Positions 9,645 through 18,892 of a DNA stretch of 64,000 nucleotides are shown here, piece by piece. Both the position numbers and the translations under genes were made by a program. This stretch comes from Patescibacteria group bacterium (GTDB lineage: Bacteria; Patescibacteriota; Minisyncoccia; UBA6257; 2-01-FULL-56-20): NCBI GenBank assembly GCA_018971305.1, contig JAGXBC010000003.1, forward strand, positions 156,325-220,324, read 5' to 3'. A model generated the notes under the pieces. It made no database searches. It was given only the letters and a program-made list of their open reading frames with translations, and was not told the DNA's origin. Position 1 is the stretch's first letter. Each line of letters opens with the position of its first letter.

Positions 9645-10946
9645 ATGAGGAAATATTTTTACCTGATAGCAATTTTTTCTTTAATAGCTCAATATTGGGC
9701 GATTAATTCTGTTTTAGCACAAGAGGCCATAGCCACCTCATCGATAACTTCTTCCAGTACCGTGGTAACTCGTGACGATTTAGCCGCTCAGATTCAGGAA
9801 AAAGCGAAGCAACTGGACGACATAGATAAACAATTGGCCGCTAGCAAGGCCAGCTTACAGGATGTGAAGAAACAGAGGGTAACTCTGCAAGGACAGCTTA
9901 ACAATCTGCAAAACAACATTAGCCATCTCAATCTTAGTATCCAATCCGATCAGATAAATGTGGAAAAATTGAACCTGGAGATAGAATCTTTGGGTTACAA
10001 TATAGGCGACATAGAATCTTCTATAACAGATAAAAAGAGTGCCATAGAAAAACTCCTCTTGGAGCTTCAGAAAAATGACCGATTGAACTCAGATTTTTTT
10101 GTTTTATTTCTGAGAAGCGACAGCTTGGCCGATTCGGTAATGGAGGCACAAAATTTAAGCAATCTACAAAATCAATTAACCAACGACATAACGAATCTCG
10201 GTAATCTGCACGACGAATACAATAACACCATAGCGGAAGCGAAAACCAAGAAAGACAGCATAGCTTTTCATCAGCAAAGCGAACAAAATAAAAGGCTTAT
10301 TATCCAAGACCAAAAAAATGAACAGCAAATCCTTTTAGTCCAAACTAAAAACAAAGAAAGCGTTTACCAGCAACAAGTCAGCGATTTGGAAAAATTGCAA
10401 CAACAGGTAGCCGACGAGGTTGAAACTCTGGATGCAGTTCTGCGGACCAAAATAGATCCTTCCACTCTGCCGCCTCTAGGCCAAGGAGTTTTGGAAATAC
10501 CTGTTTATAATGACACCCTTTCTAACATCACCCAGGGATATGGGAGCACTGCTTTTGCGGAGACCGGATATAAAAGTCATTGGCACAACGGTGTTGATTT
10601 CGCGGCTTCCATCGGTACGCCAATTCTTGCGGCCGAAGACGGACAAATTTTAGCTACCGGAAATCAAGATGCTTATTGCCCTCACGGTGCTTACGGAAAA
10701 TTTATTGCTATTAAAAATACGGACAACCTCGTTACACTTTACGCGCACCTTTCACGCCAGATAGTGAGCAAGGGCGATGCCGTAAAGAGGGGACAGGTAA
10801 TAGGTTATTCGGGAAACACTGGTTATGTAACAGGTCCGCACTTACACTTCGGCGTTTATGCCGCTCCGACTTTTTACATGGGCCCAAGTAAAGTTTGTGG
10901 ACCGATGCCTTTCGGCGGTGACCTTAACCCTATTGGTTACTTGTAA
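9645..10946 (+). CDS. M23 family metallopeptidase with long N-terminal coiled-coil (EnvC/murein hydrolase activator-like)
   Basis: Signal/TM at N-terminus, Q/L-rich coiled coil, C-terminal HWHNGVDF … HLHFGVY M23 motifs. Confidence 0.85.
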   Translation: MRKYFYLIAIFSLIAQYWAINSVLAQEAIATSSITSSSTVVTRDDLAAQIQEKAKQLDDIDKQLAASKASLQDVKKQRVTLQGQLNNLQNNISHLNLSIQSDQINVEKLNLEIESLGYNIGDIESSITDKKSAIEKLLLELQKNDRLNSDFFVLFLRSDSLADSVMEAQNLSNLQNQLTNDITNLGNLHDEYNNTIAEAKTKKDSIAFHQQSEQNKRLIIQDQKNEQQILLVQTKNKESVYQQQVSDLEKLQQQVADEVETLDAVLRTKIDPSTLPPLGQGVLEIPVYNDTLSNITQGYGSTAFAETGYKSHWHNGVDFAASIGTPILAAEDGQILATGNQDAYCPHGAYGKFIAIKNTDNLVTLYAHLSRQIVSKGDAVKRGQVIGYSGNTGYVTGPHLHFGVYAAPTFYMGPSKVCGPMPFGGDLNPIGYL

Positions 10947-10974
10947 AAAACATAAAATATGGTATAATAATTTA

Positions 10975-11358
10975 ATGAATAAAATAACAATCGGTGTTTT
11001 TGTTTTCACTATATGTCTTTTAATCGCTGCCGGACCGTCCGTATTGGAGCGCGTATATGCCCAAACCAATATAACTTTCCCGGACATGAACCAAATAAGC
11101 GATAAATTGCCTCAACCGCTTCAGGATTTCATAAACAGTGCCAAACAGATTACTACAAGCGTATATGATAAGGGCTCTAGTTTAAGCCTTAATTCGGTCA
11201 GCTCAAGCGACTGGCCCCAATCTTTGAATAATTGGTTTACCAATACAACCGGCGGTGTGAGCCTCGTTAGCATCCTAAAAACAGTAGGGAATCTTTTCAT
11301 TTGGGTTCTGGACTCCGTATCAGGACTAATCAAATGGGGCTTGTCGTTTATCCAATAG
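10975..11358 (+). CDS. hypothetical small secreted protein
   Basis: N-terminal signal peptide (MNKITIGVFVFTICLLIAAG); no recognisable domains. Confidence 0.5.
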   Translation: MNKITIGVFVFTICLLIAAGPSVLERVYAQTNITFPDMNQISDKLPQPLQDFINSAKQITTSVYDKGSSLSLNSVSSSDWPQSLNNWFTNTTGGVSLVSILKTVGNLFIWVLDSVSGLIKWGLSFIQ

Positions 11359-11545
11359 ACCCCAGCATTAAGGCAGCGATAATAAATCAGGCCTTTTTGA
11401 TATTACTATATGTCACAAAAGGTATATTGTGCGACAGGAGAGATATTGGAAAACAGGGGTGTTTAAATGCTCCCCCCGTAATAAATGGTCTCCAACTTCT
11501 AATATATGTGGGGTGAATAAGGAAGAATTATTTTTGAATAAAAAT

Positions 11546-11575
11546 TCCGCCAAATTTCTGGCGGATAGTTTTTTG
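11546..11575 (+). terminator. rho-independent terminator-like hairpin plus T-run
   Basis: TCCGCCAAATTTCTGGCGGA followed by TAGTTTTTTG. Confidence 0.5.
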
Positions 11576-11600
11576 AATACAAGAAACCAATTTAAGAGAT

Positions 11601-12035
11601 TTAGCTGCCGACCCCCTCCACTCCTTCACTATTCGGCACCGGCAATTCATGATCAGGACATTTGGTTGTAGCCGTACCTATATGAGTTCCAAGATGTAAA
11701 ACATATAAGACAAGAGCCATTCTGCAGACTCCGTTCGGACTTATATGCATGCTCTCTTCCCTGATAAGCGGACCGAATGCCTCAATCGCCTCTTCTTTTA
11801 GTTTGTCCTGAACCAACATTTCAACATGCCTCTCGTCAAGAAGTGGATTCTTATGCTTAAAAAATTTCCTCAAGGCATCTTCGTATAACAAGTTCTTAAT
11901 AAGGTGTTTGCATGCTGGCTCATATTGGCCGGTTTCCTTATTTATGCAGAGACATCCGCGCACCCTACCTGCTTCCGCTTCGGCGCTTACCACAACTTCC
12001 GTACCGCTAGGGTCAATTTCTCTACGAAGTTGCAT
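11601..12035 (-). CDS. hypothetical protein (several Cys, no recognised motif)
   Basis: 144-aa ORF with coding-like composition. Confidence 0.45.
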   Translation of the reverse strand: MQLRREIDPSGTEVVVSAEAEAGRVRGCLCINKETGQYEPACKHLIKNLLYEDALRKFFKHKNPLLDERHVEMLVQDKLKEEAIEAFGPLIREESMHISPNGVCRMALVLYVLHLGTHIGTATTKCPDHELPVPNSEGVEGVGS

Positions 12036-12129
12036 GTTTTATTTCTCCTGTGTACACGTTAAACAACTAAGGTGTACTTTAATCGATCGTTCAGAAAAAA
12101 TCAACCCCAACTTGCCCATGAGGCACTTA

Positions 12130-12162
12130 ATAAAATAAAAACTGCGGGAAACTAATTCCCGC
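12130..12162 (-). terminator. rho-independent terminator (minus strand)
   Basis: GCGGGAA-ACTAA-TTCCCGC hairpin followed on the minus strand by a U-tract; lies just downstream of the 12172 gene. Confidence 0.6.
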
Positions 12163-12171
12163 AATAAGGAC

Positions 12172-12441
12172 TTATATTCGCACACTGGATTGTGAGAAAA
12201 ATTTTGTTACGATCTCTTGGGGCTTGAACACATTCGGCTCTTCAATTGTATAACCCGCCTCCAGCGTTTCGGAGCCATCCAAAATAGACCCGCCGCTATT
12301 GATAAAATCGGCACGCTTCTCAATGGCAATTTTTATAGCCTCAACCAGGCCGCCTTTGACTTCTTTAAAGATAAATTCTTTATAGTTGGCCATGCTATCG
12401 TGGCTATCCCCTGTTTCAAACGTATATCTATAAGCCGGCAT
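12172..12441 (-). CDS. hypothetical protein
   Basis: The ATG at 12441 (MPAYRY..) is preferred; no recognised motifs. Confidence 0.4.
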   Translation of the reverse strand: MPAYRYTFETGDSHDSMANYKEFIFKEVKGGLVEAIKIAIEKRADFINSGGSILDGSETLEAGYTIEEPNVFKPQEIVTKFFSQSSVRI

Positions 12442-12501
12442 TTTTAACCCCCGTAATGTTCGTAATGTTAATGATCGCAAAACTATTTTATAATCTAAAT
12501 C

Positions 12502-13887
12502 ATGGATGTATCGGCGTCAATCCCATTCCAGTACAAAGATAAAAAATCCGTCTATTTTATAGGCATTGGCGGCATTGGTATGAGCGCTTTGGCTCGCTGG
12601 TTTAAGGCTCAAAATTGGGCTGTTTACGGGTCGGATTTAGTGAAAAGCGCCATTACTCAAGAACTTGTCAAAGAGGGCTTAAAAGTCAAAATAGGGCATA
12701 AAAATAGCCATATTAACTCCAGAATAGGTCTTATTATATATAACCGGGCTATTAAGACCGATAATCCGGAGCTTGCGGCTGCCAGACGGCTTAAAATACC
12801 GACGCTTCCCTACTCCAAAGTTATCGGAAAGTTAACCGATTTTTACACAACGGTTGCTATCACCGGCTCACATGGAAAGAGCACATCCACCGCACTCGCC
12901 GGTCTCATTCTCATCGCGGGCGGGTTAGACCCCACAGTTTTCGTGGGAACAATATTAAAAGAATTCGGCCGCCGCCACGGCGGGGCAAGCGGGAAAAATA
13001 TTCGCATCGGGAAAAGCAAATATTTGGTATTGGAGGCCGACGACTTTGGGGCGGCATTTTTGGATTACTCCCCTGCTATCTCTGTTGTCACGAATATTGA
13101 CCGGGAACATTTGGATACCTATAAAACCCTCGGCAACGCGAAAAAAGCATTTTTAAAATTTATCGCGCGCACAAAAAATAACGGGGCCTTAATTTTAAAC
13201 AACGACGATAAAAATCTCCACTCGCTTCACCGAGATATCGCTAAAATAGCGAAAAGAAAAAAACTCAGGGTTATCTGGCACGCTCTCCGCGGCAAGACGG
13301 CAAAAAAAGTCCGCCGAGTTATAAAAATCCCCGGTGAGCATAATGTTTCAAACGCCGTCGCGGCTTACAAGGTTGGCAGAGTTCTTGGGATTCCGCACGG
13401 CAAAATCTTGAAAGCTATTTCCCGCTATAACGGCGCTTGGCGGCGAATGGAATATAAAGGTAAATTTGACGGCGCGCTTGTTTACGACGATTATGCTCAC
13501 CACCCAACGGAGATTAGGGCGTCGCTTAAAGGCTTTAGAGAACAATATCCGAAGAAAAAAATTGTTTGCGTCTATCAGCCGCATCAGGGCAGACGGCTCA
13601 AGGCGCTTTTTAAAGAATTTCAGTCGGCCTTTGACGATGCCGATGAAACGCTTATTCTCCCCGTCTACGAAGTTGCCGGCCGCGATCTCAGAAAGAACGC
13701 CTACGATTCGGAAAAACTTGCCAGAACAATTCAGTCCCAACAGCCGAAAAAGAAACTATTCTACCTCAAGGAACCGAAAAACCTCGTGAACGCCCTGAAA
13801 ACGCTGGGGAATAATTCTTCCAAGGTGATAATAATGATGGGTGCCGGCGATATCGTGAATTATACGAAGAACTTGATTGAAAAATAG
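12502..13887 (+). CDS. murC: UDP-N-acetylmuramate--L-alanine ligase
   Basis: GIGGIGMSALA N-terminus; Mur ligase central and C-terminal domains. Confidence 0.9.
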   Translation: MDVSASIPFQYKDKKSVYFIGIGGIGMSALARWFKAQNWAVYGSDLVKSAITQELVKEGLKVKIGHKNSHINSRIGLIIYNRAIKTDNPELAAARRLKIPTLPYSKVIGKLTDFYTTVAITGSHGKSTSTALAGLILIAGGLDPTVFVGTILKEFGRRHGGASGKNIRIGKSKYLVLEADDFGAAFLDYSPAISVVTNIDREHLDTYKTLGNAKKAFLKFIARTKNNGALILNNDDKNLHSLHRDIAKIAKRKKLRVIWHALRGKTAKKVRRVIKIPGEHNVSNAVAAYKVGRVLGIPHGKILKAISRYNGAWRRMEYKGKFDGALVYDDYAHHPTEIRASLKGFREQYPKKKIVCVYQPHQGRRLKALFKEFQSAFDDADETLILPVYEVAGRDLRKNAYDSEKLARTIQSQQPKKKLFYLKEPKNLVNALKTLGNNSSKVIIMMGAGDIVNYTKNLIEK

Positions 13888-13940
13888 TTAAGAAGTAATA
13901 TTGGGAATAGCGATATTCTAAAAATGTTTGGAGGTTCGGA

Positions 13941-14378
13941 ATGAAGAACAGACAGTACGTAGTTATCTATTCCGAAAGCGAGGATTTTTCCGAGAGGTGG
14001 GGCAGAAAACTATCGGAGCTCGGCTTCAGACCTGCGGTTTTTCAAGCTTCTCAATCTACGACGCAGGTGCCCTACAGATCGGCAACGGAGAATGATGTAG
14101 CACTGGTATTTTACTGGAACTCTGATGCCCGGTTTCTTGATTTCATTTATTGCCCTATAGTCCTCGTTGTGCCTTCGCCAATCGGAAATTTTAAAGGATT
14201 AAGAATTCTCGGGGCTCTCTCCGAGGAATGCACCGATCAGGAACTACGCGACGCAGTCAAGGCCGCGATGAAACTAAATAAAAATCCTCAATCGAAAAAA
14301 CAGAAACGACAATTATCAAAGCACGACAGGCCGAACGAATTATTTCGCACACTTGCCGAAATTCACAGGAGAGCGTAA
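13941..14378 (+). CDS. hypothetical protein (possible degenerate receiver-like fold)
   Basis: 145-aa ORF with a GGAGG-like ribosome-binding site (GGAGGTTCGGAATG). Confidence 0.45.
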   Translation: MKNRQYVVIYSESEDFSERWGRKLSELGFRPAVFQASQSTTQVPYRSATENDVALVFYWNSDARFLDFIYCPIVLVVPSPIGNFKGLRILGALSEECTDQELRDAVKAAMKLNKNPQSKKQKRQLSKHDRPNELFRTLAEIHRRA

Positions 14379-14386
14379 GGGTTTAC

Positions 14387-14413
14387 GAGCTGCCACTTGG
14401 CGGCTCTTTTTAT
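14387..14413 (+). terminator. rho-independent terminator
   Basis: GAGCTGCC-ACTT-GGCGGCTC hairpin followed by TTTTTAT. Confidence 0.6.
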
Positions 14414-14443
14414 GTGCGTTATCCTAAACCCACCAATTTAATA

Positions 14444-15058
14444 ATGGATAAACTAAAATTTTACTTCTTCGCGTTTTTTGTGATTATTGTTCTCGGCTGG
14501 TGGTTTTTGAATTTTGCCGAAGGATTTCTGGGAAATTATTATTCCGGTCCGGTAGAACACGCCCTGAATACGGTTGACCTTGCCTCGCTTACAACGGCCC
14601 AGCTCAAAAGCTATATCACCCAGGGCTACGGTACAACGCTTTTTTCTTCTCTCTCGGCCGGCTACATCCAGCCCTGGCACAATGGCGTTGATATCATAGC
14701 CAACTATGGCGCGGCAATCCTCTCTCCCGACTCTGGGATGGTTTTTATGACAGGCAATCAGGATAATTACTGCAACGGCAAGGGTTACGGAAAATTTGTC
14801 GTGGTAAACGACGCGAGCGACGGCCACGCCCTGCTCTACGCCCATTTAAGCAGAATAAGCGTGGCGGTGGGCGAAAAAATAAAAACCAGAGACACCATTG
14901 GCCTTGTCGGCAAAACAGGATTCGCCACCGGAACGCATTTGCACTTTACGGTTTTTGAACCGGGCTCGGTTTACATCGGCAGCAATAACGGCTGCGGCCC
15001 CGATCCGAAAGGAAAAGATATGAATCCCCTCACCTACCTTGATTCAATAAAAAAATAG
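14444..15058 (+). CDS. M23 family metallopeptidase (paralog of the 9645-10946 catalytic domain)
   Basis: PWHNGVDI … HLHFTVF motifs. Shares a Cys-containing tail motif with the other M23 (CGP.P.G.D.NP..YL). ATG at 14444 preferred over the GTG at 14414. Confidence 0.8.
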   Translation: MDKLKFYFFAFFVIIVLGWWFLNFAEGFLGNYYSGPVEHALNTVDLASLTTAQLKSYITQGYGTTLFSSLSAGYIQPWHNGVDIIANYGAAILSPDSGMVFMTGNQDNYCNGKGYGKFVVVNDASDGHALLYAHLSRISVAVGEKIKTRDTIGLVGKTGFATGTHLHFTVFEPGSVYIGSNNGCGPDPKGKDMNPLTYLDSIKK

Positions 15059-15110
15059 CACCCGCGCCGTTGAATTTTCCAAAAATTTCTGCGATACTTA
15101 ACGAACCAAC

Positions 15111-15875
15111 ATGTTTGATTACTACAAAACTCCGGAGGATTTCAAAGAAGCGAGCGGTTATACGATAGACGGTGTCTGGTATCCGCGCGTCACGAAAATC
15201 GTTTCCATCAAGGCCAAACCGGCCCTTTTATATTTCTATGCCGAAGCTCCCAGCCTTAAGGCGGCGCAAGCGATAACGCAAAAATCGGCCGAGGAAGGCA
15301 CGCTCATCCACGAAACGGTTGAGGGGTTACTGCTCGGGAAAAATCCGGAGATTCCCCCGTCCGTCGCTCCGGCCATCAAAGCATTTAGAGAATTTTGGGA
15401 CAAGAACAATATCCAGGTGACTCCCGAGCTTGTTGAGCGGCGTGTTATAAGCTACGACAACCGCTACGCGGGAACCGTGGACGCGCTTGCGCTTATCGGC
15501 GGAAAGTTTGGAGTCTTGGACATCAAAACATCGCAATCCATTTACCGCGACTATAATTTGCAGACCTCTGCCTATATGGACGCCCTCAAAGACCAGTTCC
15601 AGAACTTGCAGACGCGCTGGATTTTAAAAATTGACCAGACACAGACCTGCAATCTCTGCGGAGCCATCCGTCGCGTCAAGGGCGGGAGAGAAAAAATCCG
15701 TGCGGGCGCGAATCGCGGCATTTCCCGCCACGAACACGAATGGAGCGAACTCCACGGCGATATAGAACTAAAGGAATTCCCCTACTGGCAAGACGACTTC
15801 CAGGCATTTTTGGGAGCGAAAAAATTATGGGAGTGGGAAAACGATTATTGGTTGAAGAGGGTGGGGTATTTATAA
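15111..15875 (+). CDS. PD-(D/E)XK nuclease (RecB/Cas4-like core) with Cys/His insert
   Basis: Core motifs HETVE, GTVDALAL, LDIKTS and QTSAY; C-terminal CNLCG…HEHEW segment. Confidence 0.55.
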   Translation: MFDYYKTPEDFKEASGYTIDGVWYPRVTKIVSIKAKPALLYFYAEAPSLKAAQAITQKSAEEGTLIHETVEGLLLGKNPEIPPSVAPAIKAFREFWDKNNIQVTPELVERRVISYDNRYAGTVDALALIGGKFGVLDIKTSQSIYRDYNLQTSAYMDALKDQFQNLQTRWILKIDQTQTCNLCGAIRRVKGGREKIRAGANRGISRHEHEWSELHGDIELKEFPYWQDDFQAFLGAKKLWEWENDYWLKRVGYL

Positions 15876-15892
15876 AAAATAAAATAGTAAAA

Positions 15893-16222
15893 ATGGACCA
15901 ACAGAGCCCAAGCAAAAAAGAAATAGCAAAAGCCTTTTTTGATTATAGAAAAGGCGTGTCTAATATGCGAAATCAAATGAATAAGGCTTATAGTGGGTAT
16001 ATCACCGACAACATATTACAAAGACGAGATCTATTTAAATATATAAGCACTGTGTCCTTAGCAATTCTAGGTCTGTCGCCTTTTATAATAGAAAAATCTC
16101 AGCACTTAAACTATACAATTATCGCGCTTCTACTACACATAATAATAATTTTTTTAATTATTTTATACCTGAGAGAGCTTCTAGATCTTGAGGGGAACGA
16201 ATTAAAAAAAACAGCAAGATAG
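15893..16222 (+). CDS. hypothetical membrane protein, N-terminal part of an apparently frameshifted gene
   Basis: Ends within an A8 run at 16204-16211; a stop-free, coding-like frame continues to 16625. Confidence 0.45.
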   Translation: MDQQSPSKKEIAKAFFDYRKGVSNMRNQMNKAYSGYITDNILQRRDLFKYISTVSLAILGLSPFIIEKSQHLNYTIIALLLHIIIIFLIILYLRELLDLEGNELKKTAR

Positions 16223-16625
16223 ATATAACGAATATTCTGACGAAGCAATAAAAATTGCTGATTCATATATAGAAAAAGATCTATATACCAAAGAAATCTA
16301 TGTTAGATTTTGGCAAGAGATCAATGGTTCTGATGGTGCAAAAAAACTTAAGCAAGAAAATGAAGACCTTAGAGCAACTAGGGACCAGCGCGGCAACAAC
16401 CTAGACTACTTTGGAGAATTTATAGCATTCCTCCTAATTACAGCGACCCTTTTTATGATTATGGGTGCAATAGGAACAATGTTGCCCATATATCAAATAA
16501 CTATACTCGTCCTAATAATTCTTATTCTTAGTTTCTCTGATATCGCTCTTAAGATATCAAAATATGTATCTATTATTTCTACACATTTAAAAAATATCGC
16601 AAAATCGAGGTCCAAAAATTTGTAA
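16206..16625 (+). pseudogene. C-terminal continuation (no start codon) of the 15893 gene in another frame; possible frameshift or sequencing error
   Basis: Translated by hand: KKQQDRYNEYSDEAIKIADS…TM segment…KNIAKSRSKNL*. A7 instead of A8 would fuse it with the upstream ORF. Confidence 0.4.
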
Positions 16626-16651
16626 CCCCATCCTAACACGCAGCCACTCCA

Positions 16652-17236
16652 ATGAAAAAAATTGCGTATATAATTCCCGGGTACGGTGAATCCCATCTAA
16701 GACAGCGCGGCTATAACAAGATAGCAAAGTTTTTTGAGATGCGTGGTATTATACCCATCCAAGTAGATATAAATTGGAGAGTCAAGAAATTTGGAAAAAT
16801 GTTGACCGATTACACCAAGCAATTCTTGAAAGCGTATAAGAAACAAGAGGGGGTTGATGTATATATTCTTGGGTTTTCCCTCGGAGCAACAACTGCTTTT
16901 TTAACAGCGGCACGAACCAAGCCCCGGGCGCTTATTCTTTGCTCTCTTCCTCCACGCTTCAAGGAAGACTCAAAAAACGTGAAACCCGCCTGGATTCAAT
17001 GGAGGAGAAAGAATTTTAGCGACAGGGATTATTCTTTCGCAAAGATTGCTCCGAAAATCAAATCGAAAATTTACCTTTTGGTTGGAGAAAACGAGGATAG
17101 GTCTTATCTGATAAGGGCTAAGGATGCAAAGAAAAAATTAAAGAACGCCAATTTAACTATTGTTAAGAAAGCCAGGCATAATATTAGTCAAAAAGAATAT
17201 CTGGCCGCTGTTAATAAGGTAATTTCCAAAATCTGA
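16652..17236 (+). CDS. alpha/beta hydrolase (esterase/lipase-like)
   Basis: GFSLGA nucleophile elbow (GxSxG). Confidence 0.6.
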   Translation: MKKIAYIIPGYGESHLRQRGYNKIAKFFEMRGIIPIQVDINWRVKKFGKMLTDYTKQFLKAYKKQEGVDVYILGFSLGATTAFLTAARTKPRALILCSLPPRFKEDSKNVKPAWIQWRRKNFSDRDYSFAKIAPKIKSKIYLLVGENEDRSYLIRAKDAKKKLKNANLTIVKKARHNISQKEYLAAVNKVISKI

Positions 17237-17253
17237 GTCCAGGGAGTCCAAAT

Positions 17254-17850
17254 ATGAAAACCGAAATTGAAGCAAAATTTTTAGATATCAATCCAGCTGC
17301 TATTCGTGGCGAACTTCAAAAACTTGGGGCTTCTTTGATCCGTCCGGAGAGCGCAACAAGGCAGAAAGTTTTTGATTATCCTGATTTTAGGCTTGATAAA
17401 GATATTTCTTGGCTAAGACTGCGCGATGAGAGTGGAATCGTCACATTAACTCTTAAGAAATGGGAAAAGGAAGGAGTTCACGGCATGAAAGAGATAGAAG
17501 TCGAGGTAACGTCATTCGAAGAAACCGAGCGATTATTGCTGGCAATCGGATTGCTCGTGAAATCCAGTCAAACCAAAAAAAGAGAGCTTTGGAAATTTGG
17601 AAATACCGAATTTATGATCGATACGTGGCCGTGGATACCAACGTTTCTGGAGATAGAGGGAGAATCAGAAGATGATGTTCGGGCGGCAGCAACTCGCCTC
17701 AACTTGAACTGGCAGACCGCCCTGTTCGGCGGAGTGGCAATAGCCTATAAACAATATTTCAATATTAAATATGAAGAGATTGACCGTTGTCCCGAAATAG
17801 AATTTTCACCCATCCCCGAATGGCTCGAGAAGAAAAGGATTTCCAAATAA
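17254..17850 (+). CDS. CYTH-domain protein (class IV adenylate cyclase / triphosphate tunnel metalloenzyme family)
   Basis: N-terminal EIEAKF (ExExK) signature; about 195 aa, typical of stand-alone CYTH proteins. Confidence 0.65.
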   Translation: MKTEIEAKFLDINPAAIRGELQKLGASLIRPESATRQKVFDYPDFRLDKDISWLRLRDESGIVTLTLKKWEKEGVHGMKEIEVEVTSFEETERLLLAIGLLVKSSQTKKRELWKFGNTEFMIDTWPWIPTFLEIEGESEDDVRAAATRLNLNWQTALFGGVAIAYKQYFNIKYEEIDRCPEIEFSPIPEWLEKKRISK

Positions 17851-17852
17851 TA

Positions 17853-18320
17853 ATGAACGAATTAGATACAAAATTTATAAATATAGCTCTAGAAGAGGCC
17901 AAGAAAGCATCCTGGCCGTTTGGCGCTGTTGTTGTTCGCAATGGCGAGATAATCGCGCAAGCTGGTTCCGGAGACGGGAAAGATATGGAAATTGACCCTA
18001 CCGCTCACGCAGAAGTAAATGCTATTCGTAGAGCGTGTGCCAAATTAAACACCGGCGACTTGACTGGCGCAACGCTGTACGCCTCATGCGAACCGTGCAC
18101 GCTCTGCTTCGGGGCGGCGTGGTACGCAAACATCAAAGAAATAGTTTATGGAACTAGCATTGATGACATAAAAGAAATTAGCAAGCCATGGGACGGCGAT
18201 CTCGCTTTCCCTCATGACCATATCGCCGAAACAGGAATTCATATGCGAGGAGGAATATTAAAAGACGAAATTATGAAAATGTACGCCGAACATCCGAGAG
18301 TTATTAACAACCGAACATAG
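17853..18320 (+). CDS. CMP/dCMP-type zinc deaminase (TadA/GuaD-like nucleoside/nucleotide deaminase)
   Basis: HAEVNAI and CEPCTLC zinc-binding motifs; starts 3 nt after the CYTH gene stop. Confidence 0.8.
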   Translation: MNELDTKFINIALEEAKKASWPFGAVVVRNGEIIAQAGSGDGKDMEIDPTAHAEVNAIRRACAKLNTGDLTGATLYASCEPCTLCFGAAWYANIKEIVYGTSIDDIKEISKPWDGDLAFPHDHIAETGIHMRGGILKDEIMKMYAEHPRVINNRT

Positions 18321-18370
18321 CCCACAACTACCGGCCAACATTTTCCAAATTAATCTGCTAATATTTAATT

Positions 18371-18760
18371 ATGAGTTACTATCGTGGAAACTATTATAAG
18401 GACCGAGAACAGGACCTGCCTAAATATAAAGGGTGGCTTGTCGGCCAATTCGTTAAAGAAAATGTAAGTGCAGTGAGAGGAACTAAAGATGTGGCAATAA
18501 AATTCTGGCAATTTAAGAAGGGTCAACCGACAAATCATGAATCTAAATACCAAACAATAGTAACAGAATGTACTTTTATGCTAAAAGGAGCGCTGAAGGC
18601 AAAAATAGAATCAGAAGAATTTATCTTCGCGGCCGGAGAATACGTGGTTATACAACCAAATACCACCAGTAACTTAGCCATTGAAGCGTTGGAGGATTCC
18701 GAAGGTATAACGATCAAGGCACCGAGCACTTCTCCGGATGATACGGTTAAACTTCCATAA
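18371..18760 (+). CDS. cupin-domain protein
   Basis: Small beta-barrel-type sequence, assigned to the cupin fold without a named motif. Confidence 0.45.
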   Translation: MSYYRGNYYKDREQDLPKYKGWLVGQFVKENVSAVRGTKDVAIKFWQFKKGQPTNHESKYQTIVTECTFMLKGALKAKIESEEFIFAAGEYVVIQPNTTSNLAIEALEDSEGITIKAPSTSPDDTVKLP

Positions 18761-18812
18761 ATAGGAGTTTGAACTTTGTGCACGAAGACTGAATAATTTA
18801 AGATAGAATCGA

Positions 18813-18860
18813 TTAATAAATAAAAATCCCCAAACGACGATTGTTGCCGTAAGGGATTTG
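18813..18860 (-). terminator. terminator-like hairpin with U-tract on the minus strand
   Basis: AAATCCC(C)…GGGGATTT stem with a long loop; A-run on the plus strand upstream (18815-18826). Confidence 0.4.
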
Positions 18861-18892
18861 TGGAAATTGTGCCAAAGAAGCGGTTATTTCGC

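Noticed and set aside
11359-11545. Possible small gene or ncRNA between the 10975-11358 gene and the terminator at 11546-11575
   Set aside because: Only short overlapping ORFs without a ribosome-binding site or motifs. It cannot be supported from sequence alone. The terminator is more likely for the upstream gene with a long 3' UTR.
14414-14443. GTG start at 14414 for the second M23 peptidase (as in the ORF track)
   Set aside because: The GTG lies within the T-run of the upstream terminator. The ATG at 14444 (MDKLKF…, beginning a hydrophobic signal) is more plausible.
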